From: Gemmatimonadota bacterium
GTDB taxonomy: Bacteria; Gemmatimonadota; Gemmatimonadetes; Palauibacterales; KS3-K002
Direction: 5' to 3'
Length of the DNA stretch: 64,000 bases
NCBI GenBank assembly: GCA_039586795.1
Contig: JBDHJS010000014.1
Span: 42,571-106,570 of the forward strand
Shown here piece after piece: positions 20,265-31,035 of this stretch. The position numbers were made by a program, and so were the translations under genes. Each line of letters starts with the position of its first letter. The first letter of the stretch is position 1. The notes under the pieces were generated by a model. It searched no databases and had not been told where the DNA came from. It saw nothing but the letters and a program-made list of their open reading frames with translations.

Positions 20265-20681
20265 TCAGTTTCCACCCTCAGGCGGCGGCGTCCCACCACC
20301 CTCCTCTTCCGTCGTCCCGCCTTCATCGCCCGTAGGCTCCAACCCCTGCACCGGAACCTGCTCGCCTTCGCGGTCGAGGATCGGCTGCGGTGCCTCCTGG
20401 ACCGGGGCCTGGAACTGACCCTCGAGGATAGAGGCCGGCGCCCGCGTGCGGGCCGAGAGGATGGCCAGAAACAGAGCCAGCCCCATGAACGCGCCGCCCA
20501 GCACCCAGCTAGCCTTTGTCAGCAAAGTCGCTGCCTGGCGGCCGCCGAGGAACGAATCTGAAGAAGACGAGGCGCCTCCAAACTCCGCAGCCAGCCCCGC
20601 TCCCTTCCCCGACTGCAACAACACAACGAGGATAAGGACTGCCGCATCCAGGATCAGCAACATCAAAACAAAACCGTACAC
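20265..20681 (-). CDS. secG: Preprotein translocase subunit SecG
   Basis: VLLQSGKGAGL..FGG, two TM helices; conserved position after tpiA. Confidence 0.93.
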   Translation of the reverse strand: MYGFVLMLLILDAAVLILVVLLQSGKGAGLAAEFGGASSSSDSFLGGRQAATLLTKASWVLGGAFMGLALFLAILSARTRAPASILEGQFQAPVQEAPQPILDREGEQVPVQGLEPTGDEGGTTEEEGGGTPPPEGGN

Positions 20682-20769
20682 TGCTACACCTTCTCTTTAG
20701 TCTCTGCCCAAACTCATGCCTGTCGCGAGAACCGCCGAAGATATATGGGCTTAGGCTGACATGTCAACG

Positions 20770-21531
20770 TCAGCCCCCCTGGCAGATACGAGCGAAGTCC
20801 TCCGCCTTCAGGCTGGCTCCGCCTACCAGCGCGCCGTCAATCTCCGGAGCGACAAGAAGCTCATCGATGTTGCTCGGTTTCACACTGCCGCCGTAGATCA
20901 CCGGTATGGCGCGGCCAGAGCCCGCGCCGACCCGCCCCGTCAGCAGTCCGCGAATCAGCTCGTGCACCGCGTTCGCGTCATCCGCGCTCGCCGTTCGGCC
21001 CGTCCCGATCGCCCACACCGGCTCGTAGGCGATGACGCACGCCGCGACCTGCTCATCGTCGAGGCGGCTCAGCCCCGCTTCCAACTGTCGACTGACCACC
21101 GCCTCGACTTCACCCCGGTCCCGCTCCTCCAGTTGCTCTCCGACGCACAGCACCGGGGTCAGACCCGCAGCCGCGATCGCTTCCACTTTCCGCGACACGT
21201 CCTCGTCGCTGTCACCGAAGACGTGTCGACGCTCCGAGTGACCCGCGAGCGCGAAGGCCGCTCCAGCATCTTTGGCGAGCGGAGCCGAGATCGATCCCGT
21301 GTAGGCTCCGCCTGACTCCCAATAGACATCCTGCACACCCAAGAGCAGGTCCGGCCGGTCACTGGCCGCCGCTTTGAACTCGGCCAGCGAAAGCGCCGGA
21401 GGGAAGAAGACGACGGTGCGGTCCTCAACGGGAGGGTAGAGTTCGACGAACGACGTCACGAATTCTCGTGTCGCCGTCGGCCCATGATTCATCTTCCAAT
21501 TGCCGCCCAGGAAAGGAACTCGAAACATCAT
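20770..21531 (-). CDS. tpiA: Triosephosphate isomerase
   Basis: GNWKMN, GHSERR, AYEPVWAIGTG, YGGSV and LVGGASL motifs; ATG overlaps the pgk stop. Confidence 0.98.
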   Translation of the reverse strand: MMFRVPFLGGNWKMNHGPTATREFVTSFVELYPPVEDRTVVFFPPALSLAEFKAAASDRPDLLLGVQDVYWESGGAYTGSISAPLAKDAGAAFALAGHSERRHVFGDSDEDVSRKVEAIAAAGLTPVLCVGEQLEERDRGEVEAVVSRQLEAGLSRLDDEQVAACVIAYEPVWAIGTGRTASADDANAVHELIRGLLTGRVGAGSGRAIPVIYGGSVKPSNIDELLVAPEIDGALVGGASLKAEDFARICQGG

Positions 21532-22733
21532 CGTCCCTCGCTGTCGGAAAGCGCCGTCACTCCGGGCAGCTCGTTCCCGGCTAGAAATTCGAGCGTCGCA
21601 CCTCCGCCGGTGGACACGTGCGTTACTTGACTGCCGAGGTCGAAGCTGGCGACCGCCGCCGCGGTGTCTCCACCACCGACCACGCTCGTCGCACCCTGCG
21701 CGGTAGCTGCCACCACGCCCTCGGCCACGACCCTGGACGCGGCTTCGAAGGGCGGGTGCTCGAACGCACCGACAGGACCATTCCACAGCACGGTCTTGGC
21801 CTCGGCCGCGATGTTCTTGAACTCGTCCGCGGAGCTGGGGCCGATATCGAGCAGCATCAGATCTTCAGGGATCTCCTCGACTGGGACGGTCGTCGCCCGA
21901 TCGCCCGCATCAAGACCCGGCGCGACGACGGCATCCGTCGGAAGCACCAGCGCATCTCCAGCCCGCTCCATCAGCGTCGCCGCCACGCCCACCAGCTCTT
22001 CTTCGACCAGCGAGCGACCTGTTTCGAGCCCCATGGCCCTCAGGAACGTGCAGGCCATGGCCCCGCCGACGCAGAGGCGGTCCACCCGTTTCAGCATGTT
22101 CTCGATCAGATCGATCTTACCGCTCACCTTGGCGCCACCCAGGATCGTGACGAACGGGCGCTTCGGATCGGTCAGCAGTCCGCCCAGGTACTCCAACTCC
22201 CGCTCCATCAACAAGCCGGCGACGGCCAGTTCCATGAACCCGGCAACGCCTTCAGTTGAAGCGTGCGCCCGGTGTGCCGTACCGAACGCGTCGTTGACGA
22301 ATAGATCGCCAAGTCTGGACAGTTCCTCGGCCATCGATAAATCGTTCTTGGTTTCCCGCGGATCGAACCGGGTGTTCTGCAGTAACAGCACATGGCCTGG
22401 CTCCAGATCGTTGCTGGCGGCGACAGCCTCCGGCGTGGTCGTGCCGTCGACGAACAGCACATCGCCATCCATTAACTCTGACAGCCGTGTCGCCGCAGGA
22501 CGCAGCGAGTACTTCTCGTTCCGCTCGCCCTTTGGCCGCCCCATATGCGACATGAGGATGATCCGCGCGCCCGCGTCCCGCAGATAGTGCAACGTTGGAA
22601 GCGTCGCTCGAATTCGGCTGTCGTCCGTAACGTTCCCGCCGTCATCCAGTGGAACGTTGTAATCGACGCGAACCAGGGCGCGCTTTCCTCGCAGCTGCCC
22701 GGCACCTACATCGCGAACTGTCTTCTTCTGCAT
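21528..22733 (-). CDS. pgk: Phosphoglycerate kinase
   Basis: RVDYNVP, SHMGRP, NDAFGTAHRAHAS, GGAKVSGK and HVSTGGGA motifs. Confidence 0.98.
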   Translation of the reverse strand: MQKKTVRDVGAGQLRGKRALVRVDYNVPLDDGGNVTDDSRIRATLPTLHYLRDAGARIILMSHMGRPKGERNEKYSLRPAATRLSELMDGDVLFVDGTTTPEAVAASNDLEPGHVLLLQNTRFDPRETKNDLSMAEELSRLGDLFVNDAFGTAHRAHASTEGVAGFMELAVAGLLMERELEYLGGLLTDPKRPFVTILGGAKVSGKIDLIENMLKRVDRLCVGGAMACTFLRAMGLETGRSLVEEELVGVAATLMERAGDALVLPTDAVVAPGLDAGDRATTVPVEEIPEDLMLLDIGPSSADEFKNIAAEAKTVLWNGPVGAFEHPPFEAASRVVAEGVVAATAQGATSVVGGGDTAAAVASFDLGSQVTHVSTGGGATLEFLAGNELPGVTALSDSEGR

Positions 22734-22745
22734 TCCGCTGCTCCG

Positions 22746-23759
<1,014 letters not shown>

Positions 23760-23902
23760 TTAGGGCCTCCCTCATGGGTAGTCATATCGTCCATCTCATC
23801 TAATAAGCCCGTCTTGGATGTCACTACATTACGACCGGGTCGCCCAGGCGGAAAGAGCCTCCGATGCCCTCCACCGCCCAGAATCCCAGCAATAGGGCTA
23901 TC

Positions 23903-24991
23903 CTAAACCTTACCCGGCAGCGCCAGCTCCATCCGGCTGCCGACTTTTCTAAGCAACGCTTCACGACGACGCTCGAGACGCTTATCCCGCGTCAACACGC
24001 CGTGGATCCCCTTGATGAACGGCGTGACGAACGCGATCCCCGCTCCTATGTAAAAGCCGGGAATGTCCACGTAAATCCCCGTCACTCCCCTGATCACCGC
24101 CTCGCCGAACACCGAGAGCGCGAAGAACCCGGCGATACCGCCTCCGATGAAGCTGCCGAAAGCATGGCCTATGACATCGCGCGGGAAGCCCACTGCCGCG
24201 TCGTACTTCACCTTCATTTCCACGTAGGCAGGGACGAATTCGTTCGCCACGATCTGCGTCTGCCGCTCTGTGATCCGCGGGGTCCCCGGCTCCCTCCTCC
24301 TGTTGACCTCGTCTAAATACTCGATCGTCCGTCCTCGCAGGACCTCCACATCGGTCGTGCTTTCGACCTCGAAGTGAAGGAACGCCTCCACCGCTTGCAG
24401 CACACCCTGCATACGGACCGAGGACGAGAGCGAGGTCGATTCCAACACTTCGGCGAGCGCGTGGCTCCGATCGCTCTGGTAAGTCTCGAGCCCCTCGCGA
24501 GTCAACGATGTGACGTTCGTCAGATGCCGGACTGCGGTGATCACGCGCTCAGCAAGCTCGGCCACGAAACCAGATTCGAGCTGCACGTTACGGCTGCCAC
24601 TCTCACGACGCCCCGACACGTCTGAGTCTTCAAGCTCACCGCCGAGGAACAGGTGCTCGGTCTCCGCAGCCTCAACCGCCCGCTCCGTTGACTCCAGCGT
24701 CTTCACCTGAACAGCCGCTCGTACGACCTCGTCCATGAACCCGTACAGTCCACGCTCCACTTGCGCGATTTCACCGCCCACTCGCAGGCTGCGAGGTATT
24801 TCGTACTCGTGCCCGATGGGAGGTAGCGAGTCTCCGATCTTCGCTTCGATGCGCGCCACCACGGCGCCTGGCAGCACCAGTAAACGGCTACGGCGATCGA
24901 CCTGATAGCCGACCGTGATCAGCAGCCCCAACGCCTCGAAGAACGTGGAGTTGTCCTTCTCTGAATAACGGGTGGGAATCAGAGTGGTCAT
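23903..24991 (-). CDS. Hypothetical protein: helical body with a C-terminal Gly-rich hydrophobic hairpin
   Basis: 362-aa ORF filling the comF-gap gap; no recognised motif. Confidence 0.7.
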   Translation of the reverse strand: MTTLIPTRYSEKDNSTFFEALGLLITVGYQVDRRSRLLVLPGAVVARIEAKIGDSLPPIGHEYEIPRSLRVGGEIAQVERGLYGFMDEVVRAAVQVKTLESTERAVEAAETEHLFLGGELEDSDVSGRRESGSRNVQLESGFVAELAERVITAVRHLTNVTSLTREGLETYQSDRSHALAEVLESTSLSSSVRMQGVLQAVEAFLHFEVESTTDVEVLRGRTIEYLDEVNRRREPGTPRITERQTQIVANEFVPAYVEMKVKYDAAVGFPRDVIGHAFGSFIGGGIAGFFALSVFGEAVIRGVTGIYVDIPGFYIGAGIAFVTPFIKGIHGVLTRDKRLERRREALLRKVGSRMELALPGKV

Positions 24992-25087
24992 ACAACGCCG
25001 AGCCGGCGTACGGCGGGTCTCTCATCCTCGCTCATGCGCCTACAATACCGCGACGGCGGGGGCGGTCAAGGCTGGAAATCCCCCGAC

Positions 25088-25852
25088 CTACGACCTCTCG
25101 CTGACCGGAAGCTCGGGCCGCGCTCGCGCGAATGTCAGAACACTGACCGCGCGTGCCCCGCCCAGGCAGAGCGCTCGCACACAATCCTGCGCCGTCGCCG
25201 CGGTCGTGAGCACATCATCGACCAACACCAGGTGAGCATCATCGATGTCCTCACGATTCGCTGTCGCCACGGTGAAAGCGCCGGCCACGTTAAGTCGCCT
25301 TTCTCTCGGCGCCAAACGCGCTTGCCTTCGAGTATCCCGGCTGCGTATCAACACGCCAGTGAGCAGCGGCCAGCCGCGCTCCGCCGAAACCGCTCGCGCC
25401 AACTGCTCTGCCTGGTTGAAGCCCCGTTCCCGCAGCCGTGTTTCGCTCAAGGGAACGGGGACCGTTCCCTTGATCTCGTTCTCGATGGCCGCCGAGAACC
25501 TCGTCGCGGCCATACGACGCCCCATCTCGCCCGCCAGACCCGCCCAACCCTTGTATTTCAGGGCGTGGACGACAGCCGCTGCGGTGCCAGCCATTCGGTA
25601 GGGCGCCCGGGACTCCCTGAGGTACGGTAGCCAATCACCGCACTCGGTGCAGCTTGAGCTTGTGACCCCTATCCCTATGTCTTGTAACGAGATACCGCAT
25701 CTGTCGCAGTGGGGATATCGTTGGCTTGGGGCTCGGGCCCAGCAGACTCCACAGACCCGACTCTCGCGCCGGGAGAGGGGATCACCGCATATCGCGCAGA
25801 CGGGTGGGAGTAGCCGATCGAGCCAGCGGCGAAGTGCGGCTCTGTTTCCCAT
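25088..25852 (-). CDS. comF: ComF-family protein (Zn ribbon + PRTase-like domain)
   Basis: Four CxxC motifs, LKY, PVPL..RERGFNQA and LVDDVLTT. Confidence 0.92.
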   Translation of the reverse strand: MGNRAALRRWLDRLLPPVCAICGDPLSRRESRVCGVCWARAPSQRYPHCDRCGISLQDIGIGVTSSSCTECGDWLPYLRESRAPYRMAGTAAAVVHALKYKGWAGLAGEMGRRMAATRFSAAIENEIKGTVPVPLSETRLRERGFNQAEQLARAVSAERGWPLLTGVLIRSRDTRRQARLAPRERRLNVAGAFTVATANREDIDDAHLVLVDDVLTTAATAQDCVRALCLGGARAVSVLTFARARPELPVSERS

Positions 25853-25911
25853 GTCCGGGAATCTCGCACAACCTGATCAAAGAAACATGAACAGGAGTGC
25901 GAGTACGAAGT

Positions 25912-27213
25912 CTAATCGAAACGTGGGTTTACAACGTTGTTGAAGATCGAGCCAAACGTATAACTGATGCTCACCCCGAACCGAATCCGGAAGTCGGTTC
26001 CCAACTCCCTTCTCCGCAACAAGACCTCCTCGTCCGTCGCACCTTCCCGCGCCAGGAAGATCTGATCCTTGATCCGCGAGAACGACCCGTTGAGGTTCAG
26101 TTGCAGGCCCCTGACGAGACGGACGTTCAGAAAGCCCCCGACATCCAGCCTGTGCAGCGCCGGATCATCGATGAAGTTGCTGCCCTCAACTCTGAAGTTG
26201 ATCGTCCCGAACGGCTGCTTCGTCGTGTAGGACACCTCCAGCGACTGCGACGGTCGCCACTCTTCCAGCTTGTCGAAGATCGTGACCTCTTCGTAGTCCC
26301 AGTAGTTGATCCCGATGAAGTAGGTGAACGTCAGCTCGCGCCAGGTCGATTGGTCGTAGGGAAAGAAGTTCCACTCGACTGCCGGCCCGAGGTTCCATGT
26401 GAAGTCCTGGTTTCGAAACGTCGATACGCGCGCCTCAGTGACACCGCCAGCCGACCAATGCTGGCCCAGGCTCCTCGCGATGAAGAACCAGCCGCCGTAC
26501 TCCCGGGCGAAGCTCTGCGTTCGCGTTCCGTCGCTGAACTCGAATCGATCGTCGGCATAAAAACCGCTGAAGCCCGTCCGGATCTTCCAGTCAAGCGTCG
26601 TTCGGTTCGCCGATATCGATGTGTTTGCAGAAAACGATTCCTGTCGTTGCTCGGCGCGGTAGTTGCCCCCTACCCTCACTCGGAAAATCCAAAAATTCCA
26701 AGGGTCGTGCGGAACCTGCATCTCCGCCGCCGCCATCGCCGTTGGCAGTTCGTACTGAACCTGGATCCGTTCCGCTTCAGCCGTTCGCGCGGCGTAACGG
26801 ATCAGACCCAGCCCTATCATATGTGTGAGCCCAGTCCTGACTTCATCCTCAGTGTCGGTATCGCTCGAAAAGTAGAATAGGGTATCACCCAGCGTCTCGA
26901 ATTCCTCCAGGCCGATGAACTCGATCGTGAACTCGTCTCCCCCACCGCCCGTTCTGCGAGTGGTGATCAGAATGTGGACCTGAGCCACCTCCCGATCTCG
27001 CACGTAATTCACGAACGTGATCTCTCGGCGGAAGAAATCGAAGTCGCAGTAGCGGCTGCGGCAGTCCATGAACACTCGCAGCGCTTCGCTTGGCGCCTGC
27101 AGGGAATCTGCCTCCTGGGCGACGGCGACCACGCCGCCCGGGGCAGTAAGTCCCACGCAGACTGCAAGAGCCCTCAGTACCACCCTCATGTCATCTCCCC
27201 TCATGACCGACAC
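25912..27213 (-). CDS. Outer-membrane beta-barrel protein (DUF481-like)
   Basis: Signal peptide, soluble N-domain (LRVFMDC..CDFDF), DPWNFW, then alternating amphipathic beta strands. Confidence 0.7.
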   Translation of the reverse strand: MSVMRGDDMRVVLRALAVCVGLTAPGGVVAVAQEADSLQAPSEALRVFMDCRSRYCDFDFFRREITFVNYVRDREVAQVHILITTRRTGGGGDEFTIEFIGLEEFETLGDTLFYFSSDTDTEDEVRTGLTHMIGLGLIRYAARTAEAERIQVQYELPTAMAAAEMQVPHDPWNFWIFRVRVGGNYRAEQRQESFSANTSISANRTTLDWKIRTGFSGFYADDRFEFSDGTRTQSFAREYGGWFFIARSLGQHWSAGGVTEARVSTFRNQDFTWNLGPAVEWNFFPYDQSTWRELTFTYFIGINYWDYEEVTIFDKLEEWRPSQSLEVSYTTKQPFGTINFRVEGSNFIDDPALHRLDVGGFLNVRLVRGLQLNLNGSFSRIKDQIFLAREGATDEEVLLRRRELGTDFRIRFGVSISYTFGSIFNNVVNPRFD

Positions 27214-27382
27214 ATAGCAACGACCACTTCCAGTACTTTAGGTGCAAAGATCGCGCCCCCGATAGACCGCGACGCATCTAGCCTACACAACCTCGTCTCC
27301 GTACTATGCGACGTTCCGAAAAGCCCTAACTGGTTGGCAGAAGGCGATTGCCGACTGCGACGCAAGTACGGAGAGGACGCCC

Positions 27383-28861
27383 ATGATCCGCCCCTGTCGT
27401 TCCCGCATGATTCTCCTGGCGGCCGTCATCTTCGGCACGGTTTCGTGCGCGCGCCAGCCGACGCGGCCGCAGAACATCGTTCTCATTCTCGCCGATGACC
27501 TCGGTTACGGCGAGCTGGGAAGTTACGGTCAGCAGCACATCCGCACGCCCAATATCGACCGCCTCGCCCAGGAAGGCATGCGGTTCACGGACCACTACTC
27601 GGGCAGCCCGGTCTGCGCGCCATCCCGCGACGTGCTGCTCACCGGCCTACATACAGGCCACTCCTACATTCGTGACAACGATGAGATGTACGAGCGAGGC
27701 GATGTCTGGCACGACCCTGATCTCGAGGGTCAACGCCCAATACTGCCGAACACCTACACCATCGGTCGATTGCTGCAAGACGCTGGCTACGTGACCGGTG
27801 CGATTGGCAAATGGGGGCTGGGTGGACCGGGAAGCAGCGGCGAGCCAAATCAACAGGGCTTCGATCACTGGTATGGATACCTGTGCCAGCGAATCGCTCA
27901 TAACTACTACCCGACTCACCTTTGGAAGAACGGCGAAAAAGACCTTCTCGAGGGAAACGAGTACTTCTACCCTCACCAGCGACTACCGGAGGACACCGAC
28001 CCCAACGACCCGGCATCGTATACACCGTACTCCGGCGCCGTCTACTCCATGGACGCGATGGTCGAGGACGCGCTTCAGTTCATTCGAGCCAACAAGGACA
28101 ATCCTTTCTTCCTGTACCTTCCGTTCCCCGTCCCTCACGTTTCGCTACAGGTGCCAGATGAGTCCGTTCAGGAATACGACGGCGCGTTCGACGAGACACC
28201 ATACACCGGTGACAAGGGGTACCTGCCGCACAGAACGCCCCGAGCGGCGTACGCGGCGATGATCACGAGGATGGATCGGGAGATCGGTCGCATCATGGCC
28301 ACGCTGGATGAACTGGGCCTCGACGATAACACGCTCGTCTTCTTCACCAGCGACAACGGCCCGACCTTCAACGGCGGAACCGACTCGGACTTCTTCAACA
28401 GCGCCGGGGTCCTGCGCGGACTCAAGACTCAACTGTACGAAGGCGGGATCCGCGTCCCGTTGATCGCCCGCTGGCCTGCGGCGATTCGCCCCGGGACCGT
28501 TAGCGACCACGCCTCTGCCTTCTGGGACTTTCTCCCTACCCTGGCCGATCTCGTTGACGTAGAGCCTCCCGTCGAGGTCGACGGGATCTCCATCGCCCCT
28601 ACCCTGCTCGGAAGACGCGGGCAGGCCAAGCACGAGTACCTCTACTGGGAGTATTTCGGTCGCCAGGCCGTGAGGTTGGGCGATTGGAAGGCTTACAGAA
28701 AGAGCGTCGATAGCCCCATCGAACTTTACGACTTGAGCACTGACATCGGGGAGCAGAACGACGTCGCTTCCGATTATCCCGAGGTCGTTCAGCGTATCGT
28801 CGAAATCATGCAGAGCGCTCGCACCGAGTCCGAGCTCTTCCCACTTGTTAGAAAGGAATGA
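27383..28861 (+). CDS. Formylglycine-dependent sulfatase (S1, arylsulfatase-like), lipoprotein
   Basis: ILADDLG, CAPSR..LLTG, GKWGLG and SDNG motifs; lipobox TVSC. Confidence 0.95.
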   Translation: MIRPCRSRMILLAAVIFGTVSCARQPTRPQNIVLILADDLGYGELGSYGQQHIRTPNIDRLAQEGMRFTDHYSGSPVCAPSRDVLLTGLHTGHSYIRDNDEMYERGDVWHDPDLEGQRPILPNTYTIGRLLQDAGYVTGAIGKWGLGGPGSSGEPNQQGFDHWYGYLCQRIAHNYYPTHLWKNGEKDLLEGNEYFYPHQRLPEDTDPNDPASYTPYSGAVYSMDAMVEDALQFIRANKDNPFFLYLPFPVPHVSLQVPDESVQEYDGAFDETPYTGDKGYLPHRTPRAAYAAMITRMDREIGRIMATLDELGLDDNTLVFFTSDNGPTFNGGTDSDFFNSAGVLRGLKTQLYEGGIRVPLIARWPAAIRPGTVSDHASAFWDFLPTLADLVDVEPPVEVDGISIAPTLLGRRGQAKHEYLYWEYFGRQAVRLGDWKAYRKSVDSPIELYDLSTDIGEQNDVASDYPEVVQRIVEIMQSARTESELFPLVRKE

Positions 28862-29415
28862 ACGTGGGTAAACGAAGCATTCTCAAGCTCTCTCTTGCCA
28901 TTACGACGCTGACTGCGCTCATCGCCTGCTCAGCCGGGTCGGATCCGGCGTCATCGAGTGGCACACTCTTGCCCGACCAACTCCACGGTCTACCTCAAAT
29001 CGCATCCGACTCCGGTGAGGCTGCCGTGGGAATGATCGCACGGCTTCACAAGGCCTCCGTGGCTCCAATCAACAGCCACATCGGCGTGTACGGGATCGAA
29101 GGCATGCAGGCCGTTCTCTACGTCAGCCGTTTCGAGACTGACGCCAAGGCCGACTCGCAAATGGCATTGATGGCCGAAAGGATTGGAGCCGGTACCGAGG
29201 CGTTCGGCCACTTCAAGACCTTCGAGTTGGATGGAAGGCCGGTCAGCCAGGTGTTCGGCAACGGCCAGGTTCACTACTTCTTCGTGGAAGGCCACGATCT
29301 AAAGTGGCTCGCTGCACCCCCGGCGTTGGCCCGGCCGATGGTAGCCGAGATCATGGGCATCGCGTTGGACGCAATCCCGCCTCTCGCCAGCGATGACCAG
29401 GCCAGCACCCTGTAG
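28858..29415 (+). CDS. Hypothetical lipoprotein
   Basis: Lipobox LIAC; ATGA overlap with the upstream sulfatase. Confidence 0.75.
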   Translation: MNVGKRSILKLSLAITTLTALIACSAGSDPASSSGTLLPDQLHGLPQIASDSGEAAVGMIARLHKASVAPINSHIGVYGIEGMQAVLYVSRFETDAKADSQMALMAERIGAGTEAFGHFKTFELDGRPVSQVFGNGQVHYFFVEGHDLKWLAAPPALARPMVAEIMGIALDAIPPLASDDQASTL

Positions 29416-29453
29416 CGACTTCGCTTCGAAGTCCGTACGGAGGGAGCGACATC

Positions 29454-30950
29454 ATGCGTAACACGTCCTGGTTCGGGCTGGCGCTACTGGCGTGCATCGG
29501 CTGCCAGGGGCCGGCCGAGCCGCCGAACATCATTTTCATTTTCGCCGACGATCACGCATCCCACGCGATCAGCGCGTACGGGTCATCGATCAACCGGACA
29601 CCCAACATCGACCGGTTGGCCCGCGAAGGCATGATCTTTCAGAACGCTTTCGTCACCAACTCAATCTGCGCGCCCAGTCGCGCCGTGATCCTCACGGGCA
29701 AGCACAGCCACCTCAACGGCGTCATGACCAACCGCGAGCGGTTTGACAGCACGCAGGTCACCTTCCCGATGCTGCTTCAGTCCGCCGGTTATCAGACTGC
29801 CATCGTCGGAAAATGGCACCTGAAGAGCCCGCCCGTCGGCTTCGACCATTGGGAAGTGCTACCCGGGCAGGGCACCTACTACAACCCCGACTTCCGCACC
29901 ATCGACGGCATCGTTGAGCACACGGGCTACGTCACCGACATCATCACCGACAAGGTGCTGGACTGGCTGAAGAATGGCCGCGATGCGACGCGACCATTCA
30001 TGCTCATGTACCAGCATAAAGCGCCGCACCGACGCTGGGAGCCCGGGCCCGACCATCTCACGTTGTACGATGACGCGACGATCCCGGAGCCCGAGACGCT
30101 GTTCGACGACTACGTGAACCGAACCAGCGCGGCGCGCACCCAGGAGATGACGGTCTCGGAGCATCTATTCGATAGAGACCTCAAGTTCGTGCCGCCGCCT
30201 CAACTCAACGAGGAACAGTTGGCGACGTGGAACGCGGTCTACGAGCCAAAGAACGAAGCGTTGCGTGCAAGCTCGCTGTCAGGCGACGACCGCATTCGCT
30301 GGAACTACCAGCGCTACATAAAGGACTACCTGCGGACCATCGCATCCATCGACGATAATCTCGGCCGCCTGCTCGCGTTTCTCGACGAATCCGGGCTAGC
30401 CGACAACACGGTCGTCATCTACAGCTCGGATCAGGGCTTCTACCTCGGCGATCACGGCTGGTACGACAAGCGATGGATGTACGAGGAGTCGCTGCGCATG
30501 CCACTGGTCGTGCGCTGGCCGGGTGTAGTAGAGGCTGGCTCCGAAAACAGCGACCTCGTACAAAACCTCGACTTCGCTCAGACGTTTCTCGAGATGGCCG
30601 GTTTAGCGGCGCCAGCGGACATGCAGGGACACAGTCTCGTGCCCTTGTTGCGCGGTACGAAGCCCGCCGATTGGCGCGATGCGATCTACTATCAGTACTT
30701 CGAGTATCCCGGCCCGCACATGGTCCGTCGACACTACGGCGTGCGCACCGATCGCTACAAGCTGATCTACTACTACGAGATCGACGAGTGGGAACTGTTC
30801 GACCTCGTAAGCGATCCAAACGAACTGAGGAATGTCTACGACGATCCGGCCAACGCTGAGAGAATAGAAGAACTCGAGCGTGTACTTCTAGAGCTTCGAG
30901 AACTATACGAGGTCCCAGAAGACGACCCCGTTCCGTACCCGACGGAGTGA
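29454..30950 (+). CDS. Formylglycine-dependent sulfatase (S1; GlcNAc-6-sulfatase-like), lipoprotein
   Basis: [28 protein letters not shown] and [22 protein letters not shown] motifs. Confidence 0.95.
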   Translation: MRNTSWFGLALLACIGCQGPAEPPNIIFIFADDHASHAISAYGSSINRTPNIDRLAREGMIFQNAFVTNSICAPSRAVILTGKHSHLNGVMTNRERFDSTQVTFPMLLQSAGYQTAIVGKWHLKSPPVGFDHWEVLPGQGTYYNPDFRTIDGIVEHTGYVTDIITDKVLDWLKNGRDATRPFMLMYQHKAPHRRWEPGPDHLTLYDDATIPEPETLFDDYVNRTSAARTQEMTVSEHLFDRDLKFVPPPQLNEEQLATWNAVYEPKNEALRASSLSGDDRIRWNYQRYIKDYLRTIASIDDNLGRLLAFLDESGLADNTVVIYSSDQGFYLGDHGWYDKRWMYEESLRMPLVVRWPGVVEAGSENSDLVQNLDFAQTFLEMAGLAAPADMQGHSLVPLLRGTKPADWRDAIYYQYFEYPGPHMVRRHYGVRTDRYKLIYYYEIDEWELFDLVSDPNELRNVYDDPANAERIEELERVLLELRELYEVPEDDPVPYPTE

Positions 30951-30966
30951 GGAATACGGCGATCCC

Positions 30967-31012
30967 GAATTCTGAGAATCACGAGCTGAATTGTCGAAGT
31001 CGATTCGATGAT
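30967..31012 (+). repeat. Dispersed repeat, copy 1 (upstream of the esterase)
   Basis: 39/46 identity to the reverse complement of 32917-32962. Confidence 0.8.
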
Positions 31013-31035
31013 TCCCAACAAGAGGCCCGAAGCCG

